64,000 nucleotides of DNA, from positions 8,519 through 72,518 of the forward strand of contig JAFGCR010000002.1 of NCBI GenBank assembly GCA_016932495.1. The letters run 5' to 3'. The position numbers were made by a program, and so were the translations under genes. The notes under the pieces are model-generated. The model ran no database searches and was not told the DNA's origin. It saw nothing but the letters and a program-made list of their open reading frames with translations. This DNA is from Candidatus Peregrinibacteria bacterium (GTDB taxonomy: Bacteria > Patescibacteriota > Gracilibacteria > UM-FILTER-43-11). Below, piece after piece: positions 50,532 through 60,152 of the stretch (the stretch's first letter is position 1; each line of letters starts with the position of its first letter).

Positions 50532-52298
50532 ATGATTACTCATAAAGAAGGTACCATTATTAAAGTCTCCGGACCGCTTGTGGTCGCTAAGGGCATGTCG
50601 ACCGCCAAAATGTTTGAGGTTGTTTATGTGTCTGAGCAGCGCTTGGTGGGAGAAGTGATTGGTTTAAACGGCAACACAGCCTCCATCCAGGTTTACGAAG
50701 AGACCGGCGGGGTCGGTCCTGGCGAGCCGGTGTATCTGACAGGTCAGACTTTATCTGTGGAGCTGGGCCCCGGCCTTTTGGAAAACATTTACGATGGGAT
50801 CCAGCGCCCTTTGGAATTGATTGAAAAGAAATCCGGCGCATTCATCGCCCGCGGTATCCATGTGCCTGGCATCGACCGTGAAAGGAAATGGGATTTTAAA
50901 CCCACTGTAAGCACCGGTGATACCGTGGAAGAAGGGGATGTGCTGGGTGAAGTGCAGGAAACGGCCCTTATTGTCCATAAGATCATGGTGCCGGTCGGTG
51001 TTTTCGGAAAAGTCTCTGATATCCATTCCGGCGAGAAAAAGGTCGAGGATGTGGTCGCAGTGATCGAAGATGAAAATGGCAAAAAACATGAAGTGACCAT
51101 GCTCCAGAAATGGCCCATCCGCATCTCCAGAAAATCCAAATCGAAACGTGTGCCTTCTGAACCGCTGGTTACCGGTACACGTATTCTTGACACTCTTTTT
51201 CCGCTCGCGAAAGGAGGCTCTGGCTGTATTCCCGGTCCGTTTGGGGCCGGCAAAACAGTTACTCAGCAGACCGTGGCCAAATACTGCGATGCCCAGGTGA
51301 TCGTTTATGTGGGCTGCGGGGAGCGGGGCAATGAGATGACAGATGTGCTGATGGAATTCCCGGAATTGAAAGACCCGAACACCGGCGAACCTTTGATGAA
51401 ACGCACGGTTCTGATCGCCAATACTTCTAATATGCCGGTGGCGGCCCGTGAAGCGTCTGTCTACACGGGGATCACTATTGCCGAGTATTATCGTGATATG
51501 GGTTACCATGTGGCCCTGATGGCTGACAGCACCTCCCGCTGGGCGGAAGCCATGCGTGAAATGTCCGGCCGTTTGGAAGAGATGCCAGGCGAAGAAGGTT
51601 ATCCCGCCTATCTTGGCTCCCGCACGGCTGGTTTTTATGAACGGGCAGGCGCGATTCAGTGCTTGGGGTCGGATGACCGCAAAGGAACCCTTACGGTTAT
51701 CGGAGCGGTCTCTCCTCCGGGCGGTGACCTTTCCGAACCAGTGACCCAAAACACGCTTCGTGTTACAAAAGTCTTCTGGGGTCTGGATGCCAATCTGGCG
51801 CGCCGACGCCACTTTCCTGCCATCAACTGGCTGTCTTCTTATACGCTGTATGATGAGAATGTGGCCAGCCACTGGACTAAAGAGGTTGCGGATGATTCCA
51901 TGAAAGTCCGTTCCGACGCCATGAAAATGCTGCAGGAAGAAGCCAAACTGGAAGAAATCGTCCGTTTGGTGGGTATGGATGCCTTAAGTCCTAAAGAGCG
52001 GCTGGTATTAGAAACCGCCAAGTCGATTCGTGAAGACTTCCTTTTTCAGAATGCTTTCGACAAAGTGGACGCTTTCTCTTCCCTCAAAAAACAATACTGG
52101 ATGCTTAAAGTCATCATGACGATCTACTATGCAGCTCAGGATATTGTGGGGCAGGAGGATTTCGATTTCAATGAACTGAAAAAACTCCCTGTGATGGAAA
52201 AAATTGTTAAGGCCAAAGATATTGAAGACGGCAAATGGGAGGAATTTGAAGTTTTGGCTAAAGAGGTAGCTAGTTCCATTCAGACACTTAAAAAGTAA
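50532..52298 (+). CDS. atpA: A/V-type ATPase catalytic subunit A
   Basis: 588 aa with P-loop GPFGAGKTV and the non-homologous insert typical of A subunits. Confidence 0.97.
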   Translation: MITHKEGTIIKVSGPLVVAKGMSTAKMFEVVYVSEQRLVGEVIGLNGNTASIQVYEETGGVGPGEPVYLTGQTLSVELGPGLLENIYDGIQRPLELIEKKSGAFIARGIHVPGIDRERKWDFKPTVSTGDTVEEGDVLGEVQETALIVHKIMVPVGVFGKVSDIHSGEKKVEDVVAVIEDENGKKHEVTMLQKWPIRISRKSKSKRVPSEPLVTGTRILDTLFPLAKGGSGCIPGPFGAGKTVTQQTVAKYCDAQVIVYVGCGERGNEMTDVLMEFPELKDPNTGEPLMKRTVLIANTSNMPVAAREASVYTGITIAEYYRDMGYHVALMADSTSRWAEAMREMSGRLEEMPGEEGYPAYLGSRTAGFYERAGAIQCLGSDDRKGTLTVIGAVSPPGGDLSEPVTQNTLRVTKVFWGLDANLARRRHFPAINWLSSYTLYDENVASHWTKEVADDSMKVRSDAMKMLQEEAKLEEIVRLVGMDALSPKERLVLETAKSIREDFLFQNAFDKVDAFSSLKKQYWMLKVIMTIYYAAQDIVGQEDFDFNELKKLPVMEKIVKAKDIEDGKWEEFEVLAKEVASSIQTLKK

Positions 52299-52372
52299 TT
52301 TCAGATTTCATCCTGGATCAAGTTCAGGATCAGATTTCTGTTTCAAATTTTCAATTATTAATTTTTTAAATC

Positions 52373-53746
52373 ATGCAGAAAGAATATAAGACAATCACAT
52401 CAATCGCCGGTCCGCTTATGGTCGTGGAAGGGGTAGAAGGCGTAAAGTATGAAGAACTTGTGGAAATCCAGATCCCTGGCGAAAAGGAAGTCCGTTTAGG
52501 CAAGGTTCTGGAGGCCTCTGAGGGGCGGGCGCTTGTCCAGATGTTCGAAAGCACCCAGGGCACGGTCACTGAAGGCGCCAAAGCCCGTTTTTTGGGGGAG
52601 ACCATGAAACTGGGAGTTTCAGAAGATATACTTGGCCGTGTGTTTAACGGCGCAGGTAAACCAATTGACGGCCAGCCTGATATCATCCCCGAAAAACGGC
52701 TGGATATCAGCGGCGCCGCTATTAACCCTTATTCCCGCGATTATCCGAACGACTTTATTCAGACCGGGATCAGCACGATTGATTGTCTGAACACGCTGGT
52801 GCGCGGCCAGAAACTGCCGGTTTTCTCCGGCGCCGGTTTGCCGCATAACCGTATTGCCGCCATGATCGCCCGTCAGGCTAAGGTGAAAGACGGTTCTGAT
52901 TTTGCGGTGGTGTTTGCGGCCATGGGGGTGACGTTTGAAGAGGCTCAGTTCTTCCAGTCTGAATTTGAAAAAACAGGCGCTATTGAGAAGGCGGTGCTGT
53001 TCGTGAATACCGCGGATGATCCGGTGGTCGAACGCATTGCCACCCCCCGTCTTGCGCTTACGGCCGCTGAATATCTGGCTTACGAAAAAGAGATGCATGT
53101 ACTTGTGATCCTGACTGACCTGACCAACTATGCCGAAGCGCTTCGTGAAGTGTCTGCCGCGCGTAAAGAAGTGCCGGGCCGACGCGGGTATCCTGGTTAC
53201 CTATATACCGACCTCGCCACAATTTATGAACGGGCCGGCCGTATTAAAGGCAAAAAAGGTTCGGTCACCCAGATCCCGATCCTGACCATGCCGGAAGATG
53301 ATATCACTCATCCGATTCCCGATTTGACCGGCTATATCACGGAAGGTCAGTTTGTGCTGTCCCGTGAATTGCACCGCAAAGGCATTTTCCCGCCCGCCGA
53401 TGTGCTTCCTTCTCTGTCACGCCTGAAAGACAAGGGTATCGGTGAAGGCAAGACCCGTGAAGATCATGCCGGCGTTATGAACCAGCTGTACGCTTCCTAT
53501 GCCCGCGGCAAGGATGTGCGTGAACTGGCCGTGATCCTTGGCGAGGCGGCGCTGGATGAGGTCGACCGCGCTTATATGAAGTTTGCAGAAGCTTTTGAAG
53601 ATAAGTATATCCGCCAGGGTGAATATGAGGATCGTGAAATCGATACTGGCTCCCTGGATCTTGGCTGGGAGCTTCTGAAAATCCTTCCGAAATCTGAACT
53701 TAAGCGTGTTAAGGAAGAGCATATTGCTAAATACATGAAAGATTAA
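52373..53746 (+). CDS. atpB: A/V-type ATPase subunit B
   Basis: 457 aa with a conserved B-subunit sequence (…[15 protein letters not shown]…). Confidence 0.97.
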   Translation: MQKEYKTITSIAGPLMVVEGVEGVKYEELVEIQIPGEKEVRLGKVLEASEGRALVQMFESTQGTVTEGAKARFLGETMKLGVSEDILGRVFNGAGKPIDGQPDIIPEKRLDISGAAINPYSRDYPNDFIQTGISTIDCLNTLVRGQKLPVFSGAGLPHNRIAAMIARQAKVKDGSDFAVVFAAMGVTFEEAQFFQSEFEKTGAIEKAVLFVNTADDPVVERIATPRLALTAAEYLAYEKEMHVLVILTDLTNYAEALREVSAARKEVPGRRGYPGYLYTDLATIYERAGRIKGKKGSVTQIPILTMPEDDITHPIPDLTGYITEGQFVLSRELHRKGIFPPADVLPSLSRLKDKGIGEGKTREDHAGVMNQLYASYARGKDVRELAVILGEAALDEVDRAYMKFAEAFEDKYIRQGEYEDREIDTGSLDLGWELLKILPKSELKRVKEEHIAKYMKD

Positions 53747-53882
53747 ACGTTGTGGGTTTCGTTGTCACCGCTAGTATCGTTTAAGGTTGTCGTTATTGTC
53801 TCGTTTGCCAGTAAAACAAAGACGACACCTGTAATAACACCGATACGAGCCGCGATACCTACAACGACAACTAATAATTATT

Positions 53883-54509
53883 ATGGCAATCCTAAACGTC
53901 AATCCAACGCGTATGGCCCTGCTGGGGCTTAAGAAGAAGCTCAAGAGCGCTCAGCGCGGGCATAAACTGCTGAAAGACAAGCAGGATGGTTTGATGCAGA
54001 AATTTATGGAGATCATCCGTGAGGCCCGCCGCATGCGCGAAGAGGTGGAAGGAAAGCTGGGCGCGGCTTTTAAAAACTTCATTCGGGCCGGCTCCCTGAT
54101 GTCGGAGGAATTTGTGGAAGGGGCTCTTTTATATTCCACTGCCAAAACCAAGCTGGCCGTGGAAACCAAAAATGTCATGTCGGTCCGTATCCCCAAATTC
54201 AAGTTAGAAACGGAGGGAGACGTAATCACGTATGGCTATCTGCAGACCAGCGGGGAACTGGATATGTCCCTCCAGTCTTTCCAGGACGTTTTTCCTTTAT
54301 TGATTGAACTGGCGGAGATCGAAAAATCTGCTGAAGCGCTGGCGGATGAGCTGGAAAAAACGCGCCGCCGCGTGAATGCGCTGGAATACCGCATGATCCC
54401 CGACCTTCAGGACACCATCCGTTTCATCCAGATGAAATTGGGCGAAATGGAACGCGGCTCCATCATCAATACCATGGTGGTGAAGGCAAAGATCGAAGCA
54501 CAGGCCTGA
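53883..54509 (+). CDS. atpD: A/V-type ATPase subunit D
   Basis: 208 aa (NVNPTRMALLGLKKKLKSAQRGHKLLKDKQD...). Confidence 0.92.
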   Translation: MAILNVNPTRMALLGLKKKLKSAQRGHKLLKDKQDGLMQKFMEIIREARRMREEVEGKLGAAFKNFIRAGSLMSEEFVEGALLYSTAKTKLAVETKNVMSVRIPKFKLETEGDVITYGYLQTSGELDMSLQSFQDVFPLLIELAEIEKSAEALADELEKTRRRVNALEYRMIPDLQDTIRFIQMKLGEMERGSIINTMVVKAKIEAQA

Positions 54510-54586
54510 TTATTTCTCATTTCTGAATTCAGATTTCTGATTTATTGTGTATAATGTTTTAGGTTTATCTGATAAGCATTTTTCCA

Positions 54587-55510
54587 ATGTCCGATATTTA
54601 TGATGTTTTGATCATCGGCTCCGGTCCTGCTGGTTTATCGGCAGCGGTTTATACGGGGCGCGCGAACCTAAAAACGCTTTTATTCGAAGGCTGGCAGCCG
54701 GGCGGTCAGCTGACCACTACCACCGTTGTCGAAAATTATGCGGGGTTTAAGGATGGTATCCAGGGAACCAAGCTGATGGCTGAGATGCGGGGGCAGGCAG
54801 AGCGTTTTGGAGTGGAATATATAACGAAAGATGTGACAAGCGTTGATTTCTCAAAACGTCCCTTCACCGTTAAAACAGATGACCAGGAATATCAGGGAAA
54901 GACGGTCATCATCGCTACCGGCGCTAAACCGCGCCGGCTGGGCCTGCCGTCGGAAGATAAACTGTGGGCCAAAGGGATATCTGCCTGCGCCACCTGTGAC
55001 GGTTTCTTTTTCAAAGACAAGACCGTGGCCGTGATCGGCGGTGGGGACAGCGCCATGGAAGAGGGGACATTCCTCACCAAATTTGCCAGCAAAGTCTATA
55101 TCATCAACCGCACGGAAAACTTCCGCGCCTCCGACATTATGCTCAGGCGCGCGCGGAATAACGAAAAAGTCGAAATCCTAGCGGATAAAGTGATCGAGGA
55201 GGTATTGGGCGATGATCATGTCACCGGCCTTCGCCTGAAGGACAACCAGTCCGGCGAGACTTCAGAATTAAAATTGGATGGAATGTTTCTGGCGATCGGC
55301 CATATTCCGGTCACTGACCTTTTTAAAGATCAGGTCGAATTAGATAAGTTAGGTTTTATCACTCTCAAAGAAAACACCATGACCAGTGTGCCCGGGGTAT
55401 TTGCCGCGGGTGATGTGTCAGACCATCGCTATCGCCAAGCCATCACTTCTGCCGGAGAGGGGTGTAAGGCATCAATTGACGCCAAAAAATGGCTGGCAGA
55501 GAATGATTGA
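54587..55510 (+). CDS. trxB: Thioredoxin reductase
   Basis: GSGPAG FAD motif, CATCDG redox centre and GGGDSA NADPH motif. Confidence 0.95.
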   Translation: MSDIYDVLIIGSGPAGLSAAVYTGRANLKTLLFEGWQPGGQLTTTTVVENYAGFKDGIQGTKLMAEMRGQAERFGVEYITKDVTSVDFSKRPFTVKTDDQEYQGKTVIIATGAKPRRLGLPSEDKLWAKGISACATCDGFFFKDKTVAVIGGGDSAMEEGTFLTKFASKVYIINRTENFRASDIMLRRARNNEKVEILADKVIEEVLGDDHVTGLRLKDNQSGETSELKLDGMFLAIGHIPVTDLFKDQVELDKLGFITLKENTMTSVPGVFAAGDVSDHRYRQAITSAGEGCKASIDAKKWLAEND

Positions 55511-55513
55511 TGA

Positions 55514-55708
55514 TTATTCCTCCTGCAATAAAACAACCAGCCCCTCTATTAAGCGCACACGGGCTTTTTGAACATCAGCTTTTTTTAACGCCTCAGGGTG
55601 TTCTAAAGCATCTGCCAGGGCATCTGATTGTGTCGCATTGATAAAACCGGCCTTTAAGACAGCCTTTATATCATCGGCTGAATAGTCAGGAGATTCTGAT
55701 CGGGACAT
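55514..55708 (-). CDS. Hypothetical small acidic protein downstream of rplT
   Basis: 64-aa ORF with no overlap, same strand as infC-rpmI-rplT. I recognise no family. Confidence 0.35.
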   Translation of the reverse strand: MSRSESPDYSADDIKAVLKAGFINATQSDALADALEHPEALKKADVQKARVRLIEGLVVLLQEE

Positions 55709-55727
55709 CTTTATTAAGTTATAGCAA

Positions 55728-56204
55728 TTATTCTTCGGTGGTTGCTGGTTTTTCTTCTTCTTTTGATTCTCCTCCCTTTTCTGCCGCTTTCTCTTTCTTC
55801 AGCTTAGCTTTCGCCACTGGTTTTTTCATCTCTGGCGCCTTGCCTTCCGGCGGCAGAGCCGCCTTGGCCTTTTCCACGATCTCCTTAAACGCATCCGGTT
55901 CACTGACAGCCAGCTCGGAAAGCATTTTGCGGTTGATAGTGATATCTGCTAACTCTAATCCGTAAATGAATCGGCTGTACTTCAGACCATTTTCACGGCA
56001 GGCATTGTTGATCCGAAGGACCCATAACTGGTGGAAAGTCCTTTTTTTCAGTTTCCGGTCACGATAAGCGTTCTGGCCAGCTTTCATAACGGCATTTTTA
56101 GCCAGTTTGAATACATTTTTCCGCTTTCCGCGAAAGCCTTTCGCTTGTTTAAAGATTTTCTTGTGGCGTCGATGGGCTGCCATTCCGCGTTTTACTCTGG
56201 GCAT
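55728..56204 (-). CDS. rplT: 50S ribosomal protein L20 with a K/E-rich C-terminal extension
   Basis: [17 protein letters not shown]...GFRG.R... core plus a charged tail of about 45 aa. Confidence 0.95.
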   Translation of the reverse strand: MPRVKRGMAAHRRHKKIFKQAKGFRGKRKNVFKLAKNAVMKAGQNAYRDRKLKKRTFHQLWVLRINNACRENGLKYSRFIYGLELADITINRKMLSELAVSEPDAFKEIVEKAKAALPPEGKAPEMKKPVAKAKLKKEKAAEKGGESKEEEKPATTEE

Positions 56205-56237
56205 CTTATTGGTAGATTAACGATTAAAGATTAACGA

Positions 56238-56453
56238 TTACTTGCCAGGAAGTATGCGTTTTAATTGTTTGCCGTAGGCTTTGTTGGTAATAATGGTCTG
56301 TCTGGCGAGGCGTTTCTGCTTTTTGGATTTTTGCTGAAGCAGATGGCTGTGTGAGGCCTTCTGCTGGGCAAACTGACCTTTGCCGGTTTTTTTGAAACGT
56401 TTTTTGGCGGCACTGGCAGACCGTTGTTTCCCTGGCTTGGCTTTTCCTGGCAT
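56238..56453 (-). CDS. rpmI: 50S ribosomal protein L35
   Basis: Start set at the ATG at 56453 (MPGKAKPGKQRSASAAKKRFKKTGKG...). The listed longer ORF runs into a repeat array. Confidence 0.88.
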   Translation of the reverse strand: MPGKAKPGKQRSASAAKKRFKKTGKGQFAQQKASHSHLLQQKSKKQKRLARQTIITNKAYGKQLKRILPGK

Positions 56454-56480
56454 TTGAAAAATTTTATGGGTTAAATTTTT

Positions 56481-56546
56481 CACATTTGACATGTGACACC
56501 TGACACCTGACAAAAAGTCAAAGGTCAAATGTCAAAGTTCAAAGGT
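56481..56546. repeat. Inverted TGACA/GTCAAA-word hairpin between infC and rpmI
   Basis: cacatttgacatgtgacacctgacacctgac-aaaaa-gtcaaaggtcaaatgtcaaagttcaaagg. Confidence 0.7.
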
Positions 56547-56552
56547 TAATTA

Positions 56553-57059
56553 TTATTTATTCGGATTTAGGATCATAGTCATCTGGAAACCCTGACGCTT
56601 GGGTTCCTGCTCTATTTTGCACACGTCTTCCAGCAGCTGGTAGAAGGCCTGCATTTTTTCCATAGCAAGGTCCTGATGAGAGATCTCACGGCCGCGGAAG
56701 ATCAAAACTACTTTGACGAGATTGCGGCCTTCCAGGAATTTTTTGGCCTGCTTGGCCTTCACTTCCAAATCGTGTTTTTCGGTCCGGATGCTTAACCGTA
56801 CCGTTTTTGTTTCCGTTTTTTTAACCGCTTTTCTCGCCTTTTTTTCCTTTTTCTTCAGGCCGTAAAGATAATTCCCAAAGTCCATAATCTTACAAACAGG
56901 CGGGTCGGAAAGCGGAGATACTTCAACTAAATCCAGCTCTTTTTTATGGGCGCGCTGTAACGCTTCTTCAACGTTTACCACACCCACTTTTTCTTCCCCA
57001 TCAATCAATAAGACTTTTTGGGAACGAATTTGCTGGTTGATGCGTAATTTTTTGCTTAT
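56553..57059 (-). CDS. infC: Translation initiation factor IF-3 (probable non-AUG start)
   Basis: The frame stays open upstream of the listed TTG at 57008 and encodes (I)SKKLRINQQIRSQKVLLIDGEE..., which is the conserved IF-3 N-terminus. The likely start is the ATA at 57059. Confidence 0.85.
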   Translation of the reverse strand: MSKKLRINQQIRSQKVLLIDGEEKVGVVNVEEALQRAHKKELDLVEVSPLSDPPVCKIMDFGNYLYGLKKKEKKARKAVKKTETKTVRLSIRTEKHDLEVKAKQAKKFLEGRNLVKVVLIFRGREISHQDLAMEKMQAFYQLLEDVCKIEQEPKRQGFQMTMILNPNK

Positions 57060-57107
57060 AGGGGTAAAATTAAGGTTAAAAAGGAGGGATCCTGATTAAG
57101 CTCGACC

Positions 57108-57136
57108 ATTTTAGGTAAATCGCATTTAAAAGTCAA
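57108..57136 (-). promoter_or_regulatory. Sigma70-type promoter of the infC-rpmI-rplT operon
   Basis: On the minus strand: TTGACT (57136-57131), 17-nt spacer, TAAAAT (57113-57108). Confidence 0.65.
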
Positions 57137-57215
57137 TGTTTTTCTTTTAAATAGGTCAATATCGATGCGCATGCATGTAAAAAAAGGATTTAAATGTAGG
57201 AAGTCAGGACTCAGT

Positions 57216-57476
57216 TTAAAAACCAGAGAACAAACTAATAATTCCTATCTGCGCAAAATCCAGGGCAAAAAAGGCAAGAAGCGGAGAAAAGTCCAGCATT
57301 CCGGTCCGGGGCAGTATTTTGCGGAATATCCGTAAAATCGGCTCTGTGATTTCGTAGAGGATCTGAATAAGGCGTCCGGGATGGCCCGGCTGGATCCAGG
57401 ATAGCAAAATGCGTACCAGAATGGCGTATTTCAGGATGCGGATGACGTTGATGAGGAAGAAAAGGATGAATTCCAT
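57216..57476 (-). CDS. yggT: YggT-family membrane protein
   Basis: ILVRILLSWIQP...LYEITEPILRIFRKILP..GMLDFSPLLAFF. Start set at the ATG at 57476. Confidence 0.85.
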   Translation of the reverse strand: MEFILFFLINVIRILKYAILVRILLSWIQPGHPGRLIQILYEITEPILRIFRKILPRTGMLDFSPLLAFFALDFAQIGIISLFSGF

Positions 57477-57550
57477 GCTAATGATGAAACAACGATACAA
57501 CGAAACAACGATACAGCAATGATCTGCATTTCTCAATTTTTGTTTTTATG

Positions 57551-57640
57551 TATGTGCACGCCCCTTCATTCCGGGGTAAGAGGGAAATAAAGAAAGAAGG
57601 GAAAAGAAAATTAAATAAAAGAAAACTAAGAAAGAAAAAA
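57551..57640 (+). repeat. Composite hairpin + polypurine element, copy C (purine strand is + although both flanking genes are -)
   Basis: tatgtgcacgccccttcattccggggtaagagggaaataaagaaagaagggaaaagaaaattaaataaaagaaaactaagaaagaaaaaa. Confidence 0.7.
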
Positions 57641-58318
57641 TTATCTTAGCCCAATAAACACCGCCATCCTGCCCTTATCACCATTCCGGTGCGAAAAATA
57701 TCGGTTTAGATTGCAATTGGTACATTCTTTTACAATTTCTATCTGGTTTTCAGGAACGCCAACCTCTTTTAACTGCTGTAAACTGAGGGACCAAAAATCC
57801 ACATTTTTACCTTTGATAAAAGGGTGAACAAATTCCGGCAGTTCTTTTTCCGGATCGCTGAACTGCGCACAGCAAGGTCCTAAAGAAGGGCTGATCCCGA
57901 TTACTAGGTCAGCGGGATTGCTGCCAAAAACCTGCCCCATCTTTTTTACTGTCTTGCCGATAATATTTAATACAGAACTTTTCCAGCCTGAGTGTATTGC
58001 CGCGATGCTATTGGTTTTTGGATCAAAGATTAAAACCCCCTGGCAATCCGCCACCTTAATGCCGAGCGGCAGGGTTTTTTTCTGAGTAATGAGGGCGTCG
58101 GCTTCGAAAGGCTGATCCGGCCGTTCGGTTATCAACATTATTTTATCTCCATGTACTTGTTTATTAAAGATCGGATTAACAGGCAATTTATTTTTTTGTT
58201 TTTCAAAATCCGCCTCTTCATTATTAAAAGACCCAAGTGGTTTAGTGGTTATGCCGTGAATCAGTTGGCCGGAAAACGGCTTAAACAGGTTGAATTCCAG
58301 GATCATTTTAATCGTCAT
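57641..58318 (-). CDS. pgeF: PgeF/YfiH-family (Cu-oxidase_4, DUF152) purine-nucleoside phosphorylase / peptidoglycan editing factor
   Basis: ...QVHGDKI......ADALIT......L.I.VADC..VLIFD......IAAIHSGWK... The start may instead be the ATG at 58306. Confidence 0.85.
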   Translation of the reverse strand: MTIKMILEFNLFKPFSGQLIHGITTKPLGSFNNEEADFEKQKNKLPVNPIFNKQVHGDKIMLITERPDQPFEADALITQKKTLPLGIKVADCQGVLIFDPKTNSIAAIHSGWKSSVLNIIGKTVKKMGQVFGSNPADLVIGISPSLGPCCAQFSDPEKELPEFVHPFIKGKNVDFWSLSLQQLKEVGVPENQIEIVKECTNCNLNRYFSHRNGDKGRMAVFIGLR

Positions 58319-59084
58319 CTTTAAGAAGCAATCGGGGGATCAGTTCAATCAGTTCCACGGCGCGTAGGTTTGCCTGTTTTTCCGCCAGGCAGTCCGCCGC
58401 CTCTCCTAATGTGTGGGCCGCAATGTGGCAGGCGTCCACCGGTTCATGCCCCTGGGCCATCAGGCCGGCGATCAATCCGCTTAAAACATCTCCTGTCCCC
58501 CCCACAGTCATCAGGGCATTACCGGTTTTGTTGATAATAAGGTCCTCTTTGCCGGCAATGATGTCTTCGGGGCCTTTAACAATCATTGTGGCTTTAAAAT
58601 GTTTGGCCCATTTCTGGACATTCTCCGGTGTGGGTTCGTCTTTGGTCATTTCTTTAAATTCCCCACGGTGTGGCGTTAGCACCGCTGTTTTAGGCAATGT
58701 GTTCGTATAGATCAGCGCGTCCGCATCCACGACCGTTGGTTTTTCCAGCCTGCTCAGCAGTTCTTTGACGGCCTTTTGGGTTTCTTTCGCCTCCCCCAAT
58801 CCCGGTCCGATGACCACCGCATCCGCTTTTTCACTAAAATCCAGGATCCGTTTGACGTCCGCAGAAATCAGATGGTCTTTTTCGAAAGTCTGCAGAATAA
58901 AATTCAGCGAATAAGTCCTTGCCACTTGGGCATGGCAGGGAGGTATAAATGGGAACACCAAATCCACTCCTGAATACTCGGCACCCAGAGAACATAAAAT
59001 CGGCGCGCCGTGGAATAGGGCGCTTCCGCCGATGACCATTACTTTTCCGTTCTGGCCTTTGTAACTGTCTTCTTTTCTTTGCAT
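58308..59084 (-). CDS. nnrD: ADP-dependent NAD(P)H-hydrate dehydratase (YjeF C-terminal domain)
   Basis: KGQNGKVMVIGGS..F.GAP...GPGLG...GGTGDVLSGLIAGLMAQG. Confidence 0.88.
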   Translation of the reverse strand: MQRKEDSYKGQNGKVMVIGGSALFHGAPILCSLGAEYSGVDLVFPFIPPCHAQVARTYSLNFILQTFEKDHLISADVKRILDFSEKADAVVIGPGLGEAKETQKAVKELLSRLEKPTVVDADALIYTNTLPKTAVLTPHRGEFKEMTKDEPTPENVQKWAKHFKATMIVKGPEDIIAGKEDLIINKTGNALMTVGGTGDVLSGLIAGLMAQGHEPVDACHIAAHTLGEAADCLAEKQANLRAVELIELIPRLLLKDDD

Positions 59085-59109
59085 TTTTATATTATTAGGG
59101 TTTATTTTG

Positions 59110-59254
59110 TTGAAAATTTGAAAACTTGACTTACATTTTTGCTGTTTTCACTTTTCCTACTAGAACAACTGTAATGCCGACAAACTTGAAAACTTTTTGG
59201 TAATTTGATTTATTTAGAAAAAGAGTTTTCAAGTTTTCACAGTTTTCAAATTTT
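59110..59254. repeat. TTGAAAAY-word arrays in inverted orientation flanking an AT-rich core
   Basis: ttgaaaatttgaaaacttgac ... caaacttgaaaac ... gttttcaagttttcacagttttcaaatttt. Confidence 0.65.
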
Positions 59255-60130
59255 TTAAAAAGGGGAAAGCGGAAGGATCTGCACTTCCGGTTCCATGTTT
59301 ACATTAAATTTATCTTTGACTTTCTGGTGGATCTTGAGGGCAAGGGTTAGGATGTCTTTCGAGGCGGCATTGCCTGTATTGATAATAAAGTTGGCGTGTT
59401 TGGGCGATACGATGGCGTCTCCTTCCTGCATCCCCTTGCATCCGGCCTGGTCGATCAGCCAGCCCGCGGAAGGGAATTGGCTCGGGTTTTTGAAAAAGCT
59501 GCCGCACGTGTTGCCGACAGGCTGTTTAGCGGCGCGTTCACGGATGTACTGGCCGATTTCCGCGCGGATCTTAACACTTGGCTCCATCCGCATTTTAAGG
59601 GTGGCGGACAGCACAATGTCTTTATTCTTTTTGAGTTTGCTATGCCGGTAGCCGAACTGAAAATACTCCGGCCCCACAATCACTGGCTTATCGCCGTGCC
59701 CGGGCAGAATAACCGCGTGGGTCAGCACATCGCTAATGCAGACATCCGGAATTCCTGCGTTTCCGTAAACCGCTCCGCCGACCGTACCCGGGATGTTCGC
59801 CAGTCCGGAAAGCCCTCCTAAATTATGCTGGGCCGCGATCAGGATCATTTTAGTGAGATTTACTCCGCCCTCCACCGTTACGCGGTCCCCCTGGATCTGC
59901 ATCCGGCTCATTTTATTGTGGATGATGAGCCCCGGATAGCCTTCGTCTAAAAACAGCACGTTACTTCCCATTCCCAGAATCACAAAAGGGATCTGTCTTT
60001 TAACGGCAAACTCCCTGAGGTAGTGCATTTCCTGGGCGGTTTTGGCTTCCGCGAAATATTTGGCCGGTCCGCCCGTCCGAAAGGTGGTGAATTCCCTGAG
60101 TGAGATGTTTTCTTTGACTTGTAAATCCAT
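59255..60130 (-). CDS. murB: UDP-N-acetylenolpyruvoylglucosamine reductase
   Basis: ...SLREFTTFRTGGPAKYF... FAD-binding domain and ...GSFFKNP... motif. Confidence 0.93.
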   Translation of the reverse strand: MDLQVKENISLREFTTFRTGGPAKYFAEAKTAQEMHYLREFAVKRQIPFVILGMGSNVLFLDEGYPGLIIHNKMSRMQIQGDRVTVEGGVNLTKMILIAAQHNLGGLSGLANIPGTVGGAVYGNAGIPDVCISDVLTHAVILPGHGDKPVIVGPEYFQFGYRHSKLKKNKDIVLSATLKMRMEPSVKIRAEIGQYIRERAAKQPVGNTCGSFFKNPSQFPSAGWLIDQAGCKGMQEGDAIVSPKHANFIINTGNAASKDILTLALKIHQKVKDKFNVNMEPEVQILPLSPF

Positions 60131-60152
60131 GATGTTGTAATCTTACAACTTT

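Noticed and set aside
50751-51872. 373-aa ORF on the minus strand. Many other antisense ORFs of 60-170 aa lie inside tuf, rplB, secY, atpB, the DUF4012-like gene and others.
   Set aside because: It lies entirely antisense to the well-conserved atpA gene. The translation is R/G/H-rich with no recognisable motif. This is the typical shadow ORF of a GC-balanced coding region, and the same reasoning applies to the other nested antisense ORFs in the track.
53750-53932. 60-aa ORF in the atpB-atpD spacer.
   Set aside because: It is composed of the GTTGTC/GACGAC word repeats (translation VVIVSFASKTKTT...TTTNNYY) and runs into the atpD start. It is a repeat artefact.
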